From: Squalus acanthias | Lineage: Eukaryota | NCBI GenBank assembly: GCA_030390025.1 | Contig: CM059427.1 | Span: 152,024,001 to 152,088,000 of the forward strand | Direction of reading: 5' to 3' | DNA length: 64,000 bases | Shown here: in pieces, positions 11,281-24,690 of the stretch | Layout: the number at the start of each line of letters is the position of its first letter | Position numbering within the stretch: position 1 is the stretch's first letter | Notes under the pieces: generated by a model | What the model saw: the letters and a program-made list of their open reading frames with translations, nothing else | The model's database searches: none | Told to the model about the DNA's origin: nothing | Program-made: the position numbers and the translations under genes

Positions 11281-14200
11281 TGAACTGCTGTTCCCACAAT
11301 GGTTCCACAGTATGCTTTAAGTGTTAATTGGAAACCCTTTTGGAAGAAACTATTCTTAAAGTGGTAGGTTAAAAGGCTGTCATGGGCTCTTAGAAGAAGT
11401 TAGAGGGGAATAGTGTAGGTAATGTTATACAATAATGTGTCAGGTGAAACACTTTGTGGGTAGTTTTGACCTAAAGTATAGACTTTCCTAATTGTGTGTT
11501 ATGTTTTCCTCTGCTGAAGTCGTGATTGTGACTGTGTCGTCTTCACTATCATCTGCAACAGAATTGGTTTCAAATACAATCATGCGATATTTTTACCCCT
11601 CTGTGCAGTGGCTATGTAAGACCCATTTGCGATCATTCTAGTTTTGGTTCCATTGTTGAAAAGAAAAATATATGTGGATTTAAAAAAAACTGCAGGAAGA
11701 ATAAACTGCTGGAAATGCACAGCAAGTATTGTGACATGAAAAGAAAGGCACAGTTGTCAAAATTTGAAAATAAGCAAACCCCTAAATAGGACTTAAGGAA
11801 AATTTAAAAATGGGGGCTGGGGGAAGCGGAAGAAGGAAGAACAGCAGGTAAAAGTTAAATGAGGAGTGCTGACTCCTTTAGAGGCAGTTCATGGCCTATA
11901 GTTTTTTTGCCATCTAGAAAGAGACGATAACTCTTGGATTACAGAGATCAAGGCCCAAAAATTGCTGTGGCAGGCCAACGAACGGCTCCCACTGTCTGAC
12001 TTCCCCTTGCCCATTTAATGTCGACAATGTTTTGCTTGCTTGGTTGGAAAAGTGTAGGAGGCCATGTGTGTGGAGGTTTATTTAGATCGATTTGTTTTTT
12101 ATGTATCACAATGGTGAATGGACCAGTGATTGCAGTGTCATTGCTGCAAATTCATTAAAGCTGCAGATGATTGTTGTTTCTTTCATAGTAATCATTTGTG
12201 TGCTTAATCAAATTATTATGCTGCATCTGAGATTCGGATGGATGTTGCAGTAAAATCCCCTAGGCTGGTCCAGGCATTCTCAACCTTGATCATGTGTCCA
12301 GTAAATTGCCTAGTTAATGCCTACTTTTTGGTCATGGAATTTGCTTCTATTGCATATTAAACAGTCCCATCGTATCTATCTATCTAGACAATTTGCATTC
12401 TGGCAAAGTAACCAACATGTCGGTGTATGAGGCATGTTCACTTGCTGATCTTACACATTCACTTAAAAAAAAATCAATAAACACTCATTTCCGTTCATCA
12501 ATTGTATTCCTGCTTGTTAAAGTTCCAAAATCTTTTGAGTGGCTCCGTCAGCCTACAGCTATAGGGAGTGGAAAACATTACATTGGTGCAAAAAAACCAT
12601 GATTAGCTCAAATGTCCTGTGTTGGGGGAAGGAATCACACACCACTATCTGTTCAGCAAACCGTGGTGATTGGTTTGTAGTCAGAGATTTATCCAATCAA
12701 AAATGACGCACTCAAAATGTCATTATATCTCCATGAACAACCAACAATTGTCACAGATCAAATTGCTGAAAAAATATTTTTGAAGTCCTTTGAGGGGCAT
12801 GTTTGTTTGTCCCCCAACCCCACACCTTTTTGAAAATTTAAATTATAGCCTAACTATGAAAAAGATTGTGGAAAAATCAAAACTTTCCAATAAATTCCAT
12901 CCTCCAGTAGCTAAAACATCTGTTCAAGCCAAATGTATTCTTTTGTATTCTCATTAGTTTTAAAATCATATGAAAATTTCCTCCCTAATTAGCACTGGAA
13001 CCAAAGTAACTTCCAGGTTCATGCTTTAAACATTTTTAGAACTAGACAAGATTATAAAGTACCTTTTTAATACATAAATATCATTAGACCCTCATTTACT
13101 GAAGCATTCTAAATTTTGATATAATAAAGCTTGCTAAATTTTGATGCAACATTGGGGTATCCGTGACCATATTGCCAATGTTTAGTTTTCCTCATTTCGA
13201 GAAAATCTGCATAAATGCTGATGGGTTTTTATATAGCTATATATTCTTGCAGTTACAATGATTGCAGCTGTCTTTTGTAGAATGTGTATCTAGAAATGCA
13301 TGCAGAGTGGACGAGGCCCACAAGACTAGGCCCATTCTATCTGACTGAGAATATTTTGTTGTTTCACATTAAGTACTTGAGTGTTATACTGTGAATTAAT
13401 GCTGTCCTAGAGAAATTTATTGTAGCCGATGTCATCCAAGCGCATAAGTATATACCAGTCGAGTCGAGGCAATTTCATTCCTAATGACCATATCACATCC
13501 TACTTCATGGGTGGTCTAGTCATGGATATGAATATATTCAAACCCAATGACTTCATTGCATAGTGGTCTCGCGCAGCAGGATAGGTAATGTAGTCTTTTA
13601 TCTGAATTGTCACAAAAATAACCCTCTTTTTAAGATGGTACAGTTTAATGGTTCCATCATTCTAAAAGGAATGCAGTTTGAAGATCTGATTTATTATTGG
13701 TTTACATTTCTGGAAGCTACTTAAGAGTAAATTGTGAACGGTAAAATAGCACTCTGCTTTGTTTGGTCAGCCTATGACTGGACATACCATAGGACAGCAG
13801 ATGCTCAATTTCTGTTTTGTTGTGTCCCTGACCTTCCCTAGAGAACAGCAATTTGTGTTGGCTGTGGTAAGTAATGAATTGCAATATCTTAGTGTTCTGA
13901 TTACTGAAACCATCTATTTCCATGCAAACATAAAATGCACACTACAATGCAGTATTTCATTTCAGGAACTTTCAAGGATACATGCTTGTGTGATGTACTG
14001 CTTTCTGGTGGCAGTTAATAGCAGAGGTGACCTAGATGAATCCTAGTCGAATTGTTTTTGACTTCACATAATTCTGATGTAAATTTGAAGTCCTGAATTG
14101 GTACTGATAACTATCTTCACAGACTGTTGTTGCCTAAAATCTAAATATAAACCTTTGTACTGTAGCTTTAAATCTTGCCTTGACATTTCTGGATCAAACG

Positions 14201-15479
14201 GTTAGTGTATTGAGTAATAGTGTAGAAGTTGCGAATGTAAAGGACTTGCGTTTTAACTATTTGGATGCTAGTTTTCAGCTACTTTCTATTTCTCTCCTCA
14301 GTGTAGTATCTTGGATGTATTTAAACTACAATTGTAGGGTTAGTACAGATAGATTTGTATATTTGTTTCCTCTAATCAAATAATTTGCAGCTATCACTGC
14401 AGTCTCCTTTTTATATTGGAGATACCAAAAGCAAATTGGATGACACCTTTTGCTGAGACCACATTTGTGATTCTGACCTGTCGCTCACTACTTCAACCCA
14501 ACCCCCCATTCCCTTTTTGGCTGCCTATATAGTTGCAGCTAAGCTCAACAGAGTGGTCTGTAGTTATCCAGTATCAGTGGAGTGGCATTTTTTTTCCTGT
14601 ATTGAACCGAAAGTTTATAAAGTGCCCAGGTGGTCCAATAGACTGGGCAGATTTAAAATGTGGTTTTGCACAGGGCTGGAGTTATATTATACTTGGTGTG
14701 AACGTAAACCTGTGAGATGGCTTTCTTTTGTGTTCAAGGCAAAAAGTTGATTTCCATAAGCCATCCTATGATTCAGAAACCTTCACCTTTACACTTGCTT
14801 AGTATGGGTTAGTGTGTTCAAGTTTAACAATTAATGCTTAATTGTGGTATATTCATAGATCATGTGCAATGCCCAGCATATTCCCCTGTATTATTAGAAG
14901 TTGAACAGTGAGGATAGGCTAAATCTACTTAGTGAATTTATTTACATGTTAAACAATACAAAAGGCAAATGTTATAGATTGCCTCATTGCAAAAATGATT
15001 TAGAATCAATTCATAAGGGCTTAAAATACAATTTTTAGAACTTTTTAGACTGGGAAGTGACAATACTTTTAGATAAAAATCAGATTTGTTTCTTTGTAGA
15101 CTTCCAGGTGTGGTGCATGATGACATGGTCCATGGATGTCCTGCCAAGACTGAGGATTTCCCAGTACCTTATCAGTTCCTGAAGTCAGAGCTATCAGTTA
15201 GCTATTGAGGATTCAGGATTGCTCGGTGGCTGGTGACATGCAAAAGTGGTTTTAAAAGCCACAGTAGATTCTGTCTTTGCTCCTGTTTTTTTTTGTTGCT
15301 TTTTCCACCTCAACCTTGCTTACAGGTACAGCATAACTCCTGTTGCTGTGGTCTGTCATTGTCCCCCATCTTTTAGACATTCACCACAGGTGTTTTCCAT
15401 GGAGATTACTCTTTACCTGTGTCATAAGGAGGAATAATGCAGGGAGACCAGGCTGATCAGACACAATAGGAGGCATTTG

Positions 15480-15680
15480 GCATCTAGTAGTAGGCTGTCC
15501 ACATCTCTAATATTGACAGGCCAACACTCCTATCTTTCTTGCCAGTCAGCAATTTTTAAGGCTGTGCTTGCCCAGGACCTAAAGTCCACCTCTACCAAAG
15601 GCACTCTTACCATTATTGGTTGAAGTTAACAACAGCAATGAGCTTCTATGCCATTGGCTCCTTCAAGGTTACATTCCTGG
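15480..15680 (+). mobile_element. PIF/Harbinger (HARBI1-like) transposase remnant
   Basis: From 15623 reads KLTTAMSFYAIGSF, preceded by QDLKSTST. This resembles the Harbinger motif 'DLQP...ALPVAVKVTAALNFYASGSFQ'. Frameshifted. Confidence 0.5.
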
Positions 15681-16622
15681 GGTGTGGTGCCCAGAATTGG
15701 ATACACTACTAGCTAGAACTATTATAACCCCTATATGGCTGTGTGCCTTAAGATTTTTTTGTTCTGTAGAATTTCTCTAGTATCAAACTGGTAACTGAGA
15801 CTTTGTCAATCATCTAACTACTGTAACACCTGTGCTGAACAGTGTATTTGGATTCAAGGACTAAGGAGAATATGTGCAAGATTGATCATTTATTGTGGTT
15901 TATTGGCCATTTACAATACTTGAAATCTGTATCACTGGTGATATTTTGTGGAGATATGCAGTAGTTCATTGTTTTCTAAGTATAAAGCAACATCACTTAA
16001 TATTAGCAGTCACTTTTACATATGCTTATAGCCAAACATCAACAAAGAATAACATTGTCTTCAGGGTTGTTCAGTGGGGCTTGGGGATACAACAGCATAG
16101 TTCACCAAAATGATAAAGTAAGCTGCAAGTTTGAAGATCTTGTATTTTTGGGCAGTCCTGAGCAACCTTTTGCGTGCCAGCCCTGCTGGAAAAATGATTT
16201 ATTCTTGCATCTGAATTCTCGTCACTTCTAACATGAAAATGCTTCATTGCACTTCAACCAATAGATTGGCCTCCTTGTATTTGACATGAGACTGGTCTAT
16301 TTTAAAAGCATGTTTGTGTCCAGGTTTTCACATCTGTAAGAGTGATGTCCCTTCAATAACTGCTGTTTGGACTGTACAAGTAATTTCTCATGCTCTTGAA
16401 TGCCTTTCTGAAAAGGGCATGCTTGAAACTGTCAGCATTAGTTATGTGTATTTGAGTGCTAGTCAGTTTTTAATGTCATTGAGGTGATCTTTATTGGCTT
16501 TTTTAATCCTTTTCTTGGTTCTGTTTGATTTTGAACAGCTAGAAACTACCTAGATACGTTTATGCACCCTTAAATGTACTCCTGCAGTACTGCATTTAAT
16601 GAAATACAGTACATATTTCAAA

Positions 16623-17690
16623 AAGAACAACTTGCATTTATATAGTGCCTTTAATGAAGAAAAACATGCAAGGTGTTTCACAGAAGCAAAGGAGGAGATA
16701 TTGGGATAGGTAACTCGAAGCTTGGTCAGAAGTGGATCTTGAAGGAGGAGGGGGAAGACAGGTTTGATGAAGTCCAGAGCTTGGGGCCTAAATGGCTGAA
16801 GGCATGGCTGCCAGTGGTGGGGGGAAAATAAAGGGATTTTGAGTTGCGTAAGCGGCCAGAGTAGGAGGGATAGAGTTATGAGGGTTGTAGGAGGTTAGAA
16901 ATAGGGAGGAGAGCAGTCATGAAGGTATTTGAACACCAGGACGAGAATTTTAAGTTTGAGGTGTTGGGGGACTGGGAGTCAATGTAAGTCAACAAGTTCA
17001 GTTGTGATGGGTGAGTGGAACCTGGTGTGGATTAGGATACAGACTGCAGAGTTTTGGATGAGCTGATTTTTTTTTAATTCTCTGGATCTGGGTATCTCTG
17101 TCGAGGCCAGAATTTATTGCCCATCCCTAGTTGCCTTTAAAAAGGTCGTGGTGACCTTCTTGAACAGTTGCAGTCCCTGTCATGAAGGTACTCCCACAAT
17201 ACTGTTGGGTAGGGAATTCAAGGATTTTGACTCCGCAATGATGAAGGTACAGCAATATATGTCCAAGTTGGAATGGAGTGTGACTTGGAGGTGATGGTGC
17301 TTCCATGCACTTGCTGCCCTTGTCCTTCGAGATGGCAGAGGTCACAAGTTTGTTGGGTGTTTCTGAAGAAGCTTTGCTGACTTGTTGCAATGCATCCTGT
17401 AGATTAATACATACTGCAGCCATGGTATGCCAGTGGTTGTTTATAGAGGGTGTAGGATGGGAGGATGGCCACGAGAGCATTGGAAATAGTCAAGTCTGGA
17501 GGTAGCATAGGCATGGATGAGGGTTTTGCTGATGGGTGATATTATTTAGGTGGAAGTAGGCTGTCTTTGTGATGGAGAGGCTATGGGGTTGGAAATGCAG
17601 CGCAAGGTGAAATCCAGTGCTGAGGTTTAGAAACATCTGGTTCAATCTGAGACTAGCCAGGGAGGGGAATAGAATTTCAACTAATGTAAA
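16623..17690 (-). mobile_element. L2 LINE 3' portion interrupted by a family A fragment
   Basis: Reversed L2 tail (aacaacttgcatttatatagtgccttt...). The L2 motif 'ttttggatgagctga|gtttatagaggg' is split at 17066/17439. Confidence 0.8.
17067..17438 (-). mobile_element. Family A LINE 3' fragment nested in L2
   Basis: Poly-T followed by the reverse complement of the family A tail (atttattgcccatccctagttgcc...) and the RT C-terminus. Confidence 0.85.
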
Positions 17691-18837
17691 TAGATTTAAA
17701 AAAAAATATATAGCCTGTTCCAAATGATCAAATTGCAATAAATTAAGTGAATTTATTTTGTTTGTGTGGTACAGTTGAAAATAAAAATGATTTGATCTTA
17801 TCAGAGTTGCATCAGTTTTCACACTCTGCGTTCATTGCATGCCAGGTCAATTTCATTCTTCTATAGAGGAGAAATAACATTAGGCTGTCCTAATTGAAAT
17901 TCAGGTCACTTTCCCCACATTTAAATCGACACTGGTAAAATTCCATTAGTCATTTTATGCTGTCCAGGAGACAGGTGGTAAGACTGATGTGCTTCAATCA
18001 TTATTCACTGCTGTACTGGATATGGTAGGCTTCAGTTGCTACTTCCAAATACAGTACAGATTGCTTTTTGAGGATGGATGGTTGGCAAATGAAAGCTTTC
18101 AGGTTTGTACAAAATAGTGCCATATCTGTATACTATACAACCACCTGCAGATAGATTGCTTGACTGATCAAGGTCCACTTTAAACACTACCAAATACTGA
18201 AAACACTTCCATTGTTGCAGCAGCACGCTAATAAGATTAATTTGAGCTAACTGCCCATGTGCCGTTTTACATCAGAAATTCTGCTAATGCTGTTGCAAAG
18301 AATTGCTAAATGTGTCTGGCGGTAAATACATTAGAAATGTATTTTGTCGATGAGAAATGAGATCAATAAGTCCTTCCCAGTAAGCATTTTCTAGATTTAT
18401 TGGTGAACGGTAATGAATACTTGTGTGGCGCTGTTGCCACAGTCCTTGACCCCTTGGGCTTTCTAAAGCCTTGGCCCAGTCTCATTTGTACAGAAAACAG
18501 TAATTTATGTTCTCTCATAAGTGGTGCAGTGTTCGTTAACTCAAACATGGCAATTCGTATTTGCTGAGGAGGATTTTATGTTGGTGTTTAGGCTCAAAAA
18601 ATGGGCAGATCTTGAACACTTACCCATTTGGCTAATCATTTCTGTAGCGCAGTGAATATGCTGAAAATGTTTATGGTGCCTGAGAGCTTTTGTATTGATC
18701 ATTAGTGCTACTGTATTGTGTTCATCTTTGGAGTTTTAATAAATCCCTGCTATATTTGTTGTTGACTCCTAATTAACTGTAGCAAGTACTGCGTTTCCTT
18801 TGGGAAATACTCATTGCCCTTTGACAAAAGTAATAAA

Positions 18838-19215
18838 ACAACAACTACTTGCATTTATATAGTGTATTTAATGTAAAAAAATAAGTCCCAAGGTGCTTCA
18901 TAGGAGCATAAGGCAAAAATTGACACCAAACCAAAGGAGTAGATATTACGACAGATGAACAAAGCTTGGTCTAAGAGGTAGGTTTTAAGGAGGGTCTTAC
19001 AGGGGGAGAGACAGAGAGGTTTAGGGAGGGAATTCCAAAACCTGGGGCCTAGATGCTGAAGGCATGGCTGCCAATAGTGAGGCGAGCGGAGTGGGGATGC
19101 GCAAGAGGCCAGACTTGTGGGGGGTGCGGAGAAACAGAGTTCTTAGGGTTGTAGGGCTGGAGGAGGTTACAGAAATAGGGAGGGGCACGGCCATGGAGCG
19201 ATTTGCACGTGTCCT
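18838..19215 (-). mobile_element. L2 LINE 3' end
   Basis: Same reversed tail (acttgcatttatatagtg) and 'agggagggaattcc...ctgaaggcatggctgcca' motifs as the 16623 copy. Confidence 0.8.
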
Positions 19216-19853
19216 AGAAGGGATGTAATAGTTCAAATGCTGAAGGTCACTTGCAATTTGGATGAAACAATACGGGCACTTTCATGTGATACAAAATGCT
19301 TTCTTTCATATATTCTGTGCAATATTATCGACGTCAGTTCATCATTATCACTGTCATCTGCTAAAATGACATCCATTATATCTAAATTCATATTAAAAAT
19401 TAACTTTCTGCACGATAAAGCTTTCATGGGTGGGAACTTACCATATCTCATTTTAATTTTTTGAGGTAGGTAGAAAAATTGTAGATGGTTTAATTTGGGG
19501 GTGGGCATTGTGCACTATATTGCTTTTTATTTTATATTGTGAAGTATCATTTACTTTTGTTTAATGGTACTTAATCTCTGGAATAATAAAAGAATTCAAA
19601 TTCCTTTTTCCTCTGAATTGCATATATTTACATAATTGATTGCTGGAAGCCTAAAGGCATTTTCAGAAGAGTAAATGCCTGAGTTGTAAGAACATACATT
19701 TTTGCATATTCACTGATTTTTTTCTTCAAACTATCATGATCAGAGAACTTATTCTGGGCATCCTGAATTTCTGGAAATTAAATATATATTTGTGCACTCC
19801 AGAAATGTATTGATATTGCAGCTGACTTGACATGAGACACTGAAGTGTGGCTC

Positions 19854-19854
<1 letters not shown>

Positions 19855-19893
<39 letters not shown>
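19855..19893. repeat. C39 homopolymer
   Basis: Direct count. Confidence 0.95.
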
Positions 19894-22800
19894 TTTTGAT
19901 TTGGCTTGTGCAGCTCAATTATATTCCCTCCAGCATTGGTTGAATTTGTGCTAGCTCTTATCTATTCCATCATTGGCTATCATTGGCTAATGTTGCCTCT
20001 ATTGAGTTGGATGTGGCACTTTAAAAGGAGCAGATCACATAATTGTTCACCGCTCCTTTCAACATCACTGCCCACTCAAAATGGTGAGTAGAACCTAGTT
20101 AATTTATTGCTGTGGGCATGAAAAGGTCTTGGATCCAAAGATAGCACTTTGCCATATAACTTTACAAACATTTAATCACCTACCTAGCATCGGTTTGTGT
20201 CTCCATCTATTTGCTTTCTTTTGTGCCCGTTCTCTCCGCTTGTATTCTCCTCTCCTCCCTCTCACTTGTGCTCTCTGTCGCGCCCTTACCCACCTTTCGC
20301 ACACTTTCTCTTTGATCACTCTCGTTGGAGTAGAGCATTGGTTTCGGTGTGTCGAAGGCATTGGAGCCCAAATTGCTAAGTCTCTTGTACAAAGCCACTT
20401 CAGAAATTGTAAAGGTTGTTTTGTATATTGGAAAGATACTGGACAAACCTGTGACCAAGCAGTGGATAGCCAAATGGAAGGTTGACTACATTCTAAACTA
20501 TAAGGAAGAAGCATGTGGGCCAGTCATGGGTCATTCCACCTGTTTGATGGCTGCTTCCTAAGGATCCCTGAGGTTCTGTATGCTACTTGGAATAATTCTT
20601 AGTACACTTAATAAGGAGTACTATCTGGTGTTAACTGGTACATACAGTAATGTATTTGGCAAATTGGTCTTGGCAGCTGATATGGCACCTCTTTCGGGTC
20701 TACTTGATGTACTCCTATGTGGTGTGAGGATGCTGGATAAATATTTATTTACTTACCTTGTTGGGCCGCCTTTGTTCTTTGTGCAATTTTTGTACATACA
20801 ATCTTGCCTAGCACCTCGGGTCTTGCAAGGTTGTAGTTCTTTTTAGGATTAGAGGTTTGCTAGTTTCAGTTTAGGTTTATGTCAAAATAAACTGGTGCAA
20901 TGGCAGGTCCTGGGGCTTTGTGGGTACAGAGGCGGGGGCACACGTCACACAGTCAACTTAAACATAGACGCATTTTTAGATGCACATTGGTTTCAAAAAC
21001 CCAATCTAGCCATCACTGCTATGGTATGTGGAGGATGCTCATCATTTCAGGAATTAAGACCTTATTTTTCCTTTTTTTTGTGTTCATGCATTGTCTGGTC
21101 CAATAGTGAGGACAGAATAATTTCCTATGTATTTGGATTTTATTCAGTTGGCCAAACCAAATTTTGACCCCTGGAAATTCTGTTCCAAACAACTTGCAAT
21201 TTTGCTTTTTCTTTGGCTTCCTGAAGCAATCTCCACTATTAATACTCCTGAGAATTTATTGCAAGTGCAAAGAATGTACATTAAGTAAATGATGTGTATG
21301 GCTTCAACTTACGCAGCAAAAATGAAAATTTGACTTCTTGAAGTATAATTCAAGGGAAATATTGACCTTTAATGCAGAAATTCAAAATGAGAAATTTTAT
21401 TTATATTATTACTGCATAATATTTGCAGTTGATATGTGCCTAGAAATGATTTTAATTCAGGTCCCAGAAAGCACGCCTTCAGAATTCATGGAATTAATCT
21501 TCTACAGTGCAAGGCTATTAGCCTTTTGCCTATATGCTGTATTACAATTTGCGCATAAACCAAGCTTAGCTGTCTAAGCAAATATTCTAGTTCCATGCAT
21601 CTATAGCAATAAGCCTAAACATGGACAATCATTTAAGAAAAGCACACCTCTAGCACTGGCTGCAAGTCTTGTAACAGTTTACACTCCACTATAGAATACT
21701 AACAGTGATAATATCCCTCTTCTCCCCTCCTCTTCTGTCCTTCCCGTTGGAGGCACCAAAAATCCTTGTGGAGTTTTCAATTGATGCCTCAGATAGGAAT
21801 TGTCACCAGTAGTTCTTGGTGGGTTCACTGTTTGGAATCAGCCCATGCAAGAACTGATGTTTCTGCCCATCCCTAGAGCTGATGTGCTTTTTGCCTTTCA
21901 CATACATCCCTGTCCCTTAAAAGTCTTCTCCGAATCTATCTCTTTGACCATGTTTTTGGTCAATTGTTCTGCTCAGTTTCAATTTCTCCGCTATGAACAG
22001 AAATGGACTACATTAAAAGTTGAATATAAATGTTTGTGTACAGTATTTGGTTACATTGAGTGCTTACTTATCTATAGAAATAAGTAAGGAATCTGACTGA
22101 TTTTACTGTTATAGTTTATACTAACTGCCATTCGTTTAAAATGTTGTTTACTCTCTAGTTTTGCTGAGAGTCAATGCAGGTATAAAAGGGGTATCTAGTT
22201 TCCAAGTGCATTTTCTAAAACATCAGTCCCAGAGGACACTGCAATACTTCTGCTCCATAGGAGTCTGGTAGGTCACAAATGTAAATGCCAAGCAGTTAAA
22301 CTTATCTATTGCCCCAATATCCTTTTCCTCGTTACTGTAAAGTACACTGACATCTTCCTGCATGAGTAAAAGTAGTTCTTTTTCATTATTTTTCATTTCT
22401 CTGCATAAAGCTGCAATTTTAACACCTATATTTAAATGTAGTGGTACATAGTCAGGTGATGGGCCTGTGTCCAGAGTTCCCCTGGGCCATACAAGCGGCC
22501 TAGGGAAGGAAGAATGTGTGCACTGTCTTCCTCTCGGGCACAGTGCACCTGAAGTGTTGGGTGGCCAGTGAGGATAATCTTATCATTTTCAGGTCATGGC
22601 ACATTGTGCAAGTAAAACCAAGGGTACTGATCGTAAGTGGGTGTTTTCTTTCCATATTCCCAGCTCCAGATAGCATATTTGGGCTGAGTTGTAGGATGTC
22701 AGCTAATTTGTGAACTGCCAAACCATAAATATGTGAAATAAAATGAGTGGCTCATCTTGTTCTCCAACACTGAGAGGTTTCAGTGGGTTCTACTTTGTAA

Positions 22801-23004
22801 AGCAATTGCATGGACTTCTATTTCCAAGCATTAGTGCTTTAGATCTCTTCAGAAGGACATGTATCTTGGTTACCCACTACTGTTTTCGGAGCTATTTAGT
22901 ATAATTGTATCTAGCTGGACGATTAACAAATAGGCAAGAAAACAAACTTACCTTGCTACTGTCTTCATTCTCTGAAATTTATTTCCAATGTACAAATCTG
23001 TCCA

Positions 23005-23372
23005 ATTTTGATAGTGTTCAAAATCATGAGGGGTTGAGACAGAGTAGATAGAGAAACTGTTCCTATTGGCTGAAGGGTCGAGAACCGGAGGAGACAGATT
23101 TAAGGTGATTAGCAGAAGAACCAAAGGCCACATGAGGAAAAACATTTTTACGCAGTGAGTGGTTATGATCTGGAATGCAATGCCTGAAAGAGTGGTGGAG
23201 GCAGATTCCATGGTGGCTTTCAAAAGGGAATTGGATAAGTACCTGAAGGGGAAAAAATTTGCAGGGCTACGGGGAAATGGTGGAGTGGAACTAGCTGACG
23301 TACTATTGCAGAGAGCCGGTACGGGCTCGAAAGGCCAAATGGCCTCCATCTGTGCTGTAACCGTTCTATGAT
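23005..23372 (+). mobile_element. CR1 LINE 3' fragment (subfamily different from B)
   Basis: IWNAMPERVVEADSMVAFKRELDKYL; tail ...gtgctgtaaccgttctatgat. Confidence 0.88.
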
Positions 23373-23399
23373 AAATTTTGCATAAGTGCCACTTGCTTC

Positions 23400-24690
23400 C
23401 TTTCTTTTCCACCCATTATCTCTCTCTTCCACCCATTTGTCTCCTGAAGGCCTTGATGACTACTATTGGTACCTTGTCCAAGTAGGCTCCCTTCATATGC
23501 AGGTCTAAACAGTGAGCATTGATGGGCTATTTAACTATAGAGGGCATTGCAGTTGAGCCATATTTTCACGTCTCAATTTGCAAGTTCCTTAGAGATTACT
23601 GAATAATGATAGGAGTAGGAGCCCTGGCCGTCTTTCTCCTTCCTTCTCTTTCCTCCTCTCCCCCACCCCCCAAAGGTGCTGAGGCTAATTGTAAAGCCCC
23701 TACGATACAAAGATAGGTGGGAATGCAACTTGAGGAGGACAGAGTCTGCAAAGAGATATAGATAGGTTAAGTGAGTGGGCAAAAACTTGGCAGATGGAGT
23801 ATAATGTGGGAAAATGTGAGGTTATCCACTTTGGTAGGAAGAATAGAAAAGCAAAATATTATTTAAATGGAGAGACTACAGAATGCTCTGGTCCAGAGGG
23901 ATCTGGGTGTCCTCGTATATGAAACACAAAGTTAGCATGCAGGTACAGCAAGTAATTAGGAAGGCAAATGGAATGTTGGCCTTTATTGCTAGGGGGGGTG
24001 GAGTGTAAAAGTAGGGAAGTCTTGCTACAACTGTACAGGGCATTGATGAGACCACACCTGGAGTACTGCGTGCAGTTTTGTTATTTAAGGAGGGATATAC
24101 TTCCATTGGAGACAGTTCAGAGAAGGTTCACTAGGTTGATTCCTGGGATTGATGGGGTTGTCTTATGAGGAAAGGTTGAGCAGGTTGGGCCTATACTCAT
24201 TGGAGTTTAGAAGAATGAGAGGTGATATTGAAACATGTAAGATTCTGAAGGGGCTCGACAGGGTAGTTGCTAAGAGGATGTTTCCCTTGGTGGGGGAATC
24301 TAGAACTAGGGGGCATATTTTCAGAATAAGTGGTCGCTCATTTAAGACAGAGATGAGGAGGAATTTCTTCTGAGGGTTGTGAATCTTTGGAATTCTCTAC
24401 CCCAGAGAGCTGTGTAGGCTGAGTCATTGAATATATTCAAGGCTGAGATAGACAGGTTTTGAACTACAGGGGAGTCGAGGGTTATAGAGAACAGGCAGAA
24501 AAGTGGAGTTGAGGCCAAGATCAGATCAGCCATGATCTTATTGAGTGGCGGAGCAGGCTCGAGGGGCCGAATGGCCGACTCCTGCTCCTATTTCTTATGT
24601 TATGTACTAATGCCCTGATGAACCCAGTTAATTGAGAGCAGACCCAGAATTGATCTGTTTTAAGCTTTGCAATCAGCTGAGCAACTGAAA
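23400..24690 (-). mobile_element. Ancient tRNA-derived SINE (AmnSINE2-like, tentative), split by a CR1 insertion at 23704-24604
   Basis: Shares motifs with 34780-35085 and 41290-41610. Sequence 'gaggctaattgtaaagcccctac' resumes as 'tactaatgccctg' after the CR1. Confidence 0.55.
23704..24604 (+). mobile_element. 5'-truncated CR1 LINE close to family B
   Basis: Begins DTKIGG; contains [10 protein letters not shown] and LEFRRMRGD; tail TTTCTTATGTTATG. TAC flanks both ends (23701-23703, 24605-24607). Confidence 0.92.

Noticed and set aside
19233-19400. Acidic peptide MDVILADDSDNDEL, reminiscent of a transposase N-terminus
   Set aside because: Too short, with no catalytic motifs or TIRs found.
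20330-21170. Possible ancient RTE-like RT remnant on the minus strand (KYLSSILT...)
   Set aside because: Only one weak motif; cannot be supported without an HMM search.
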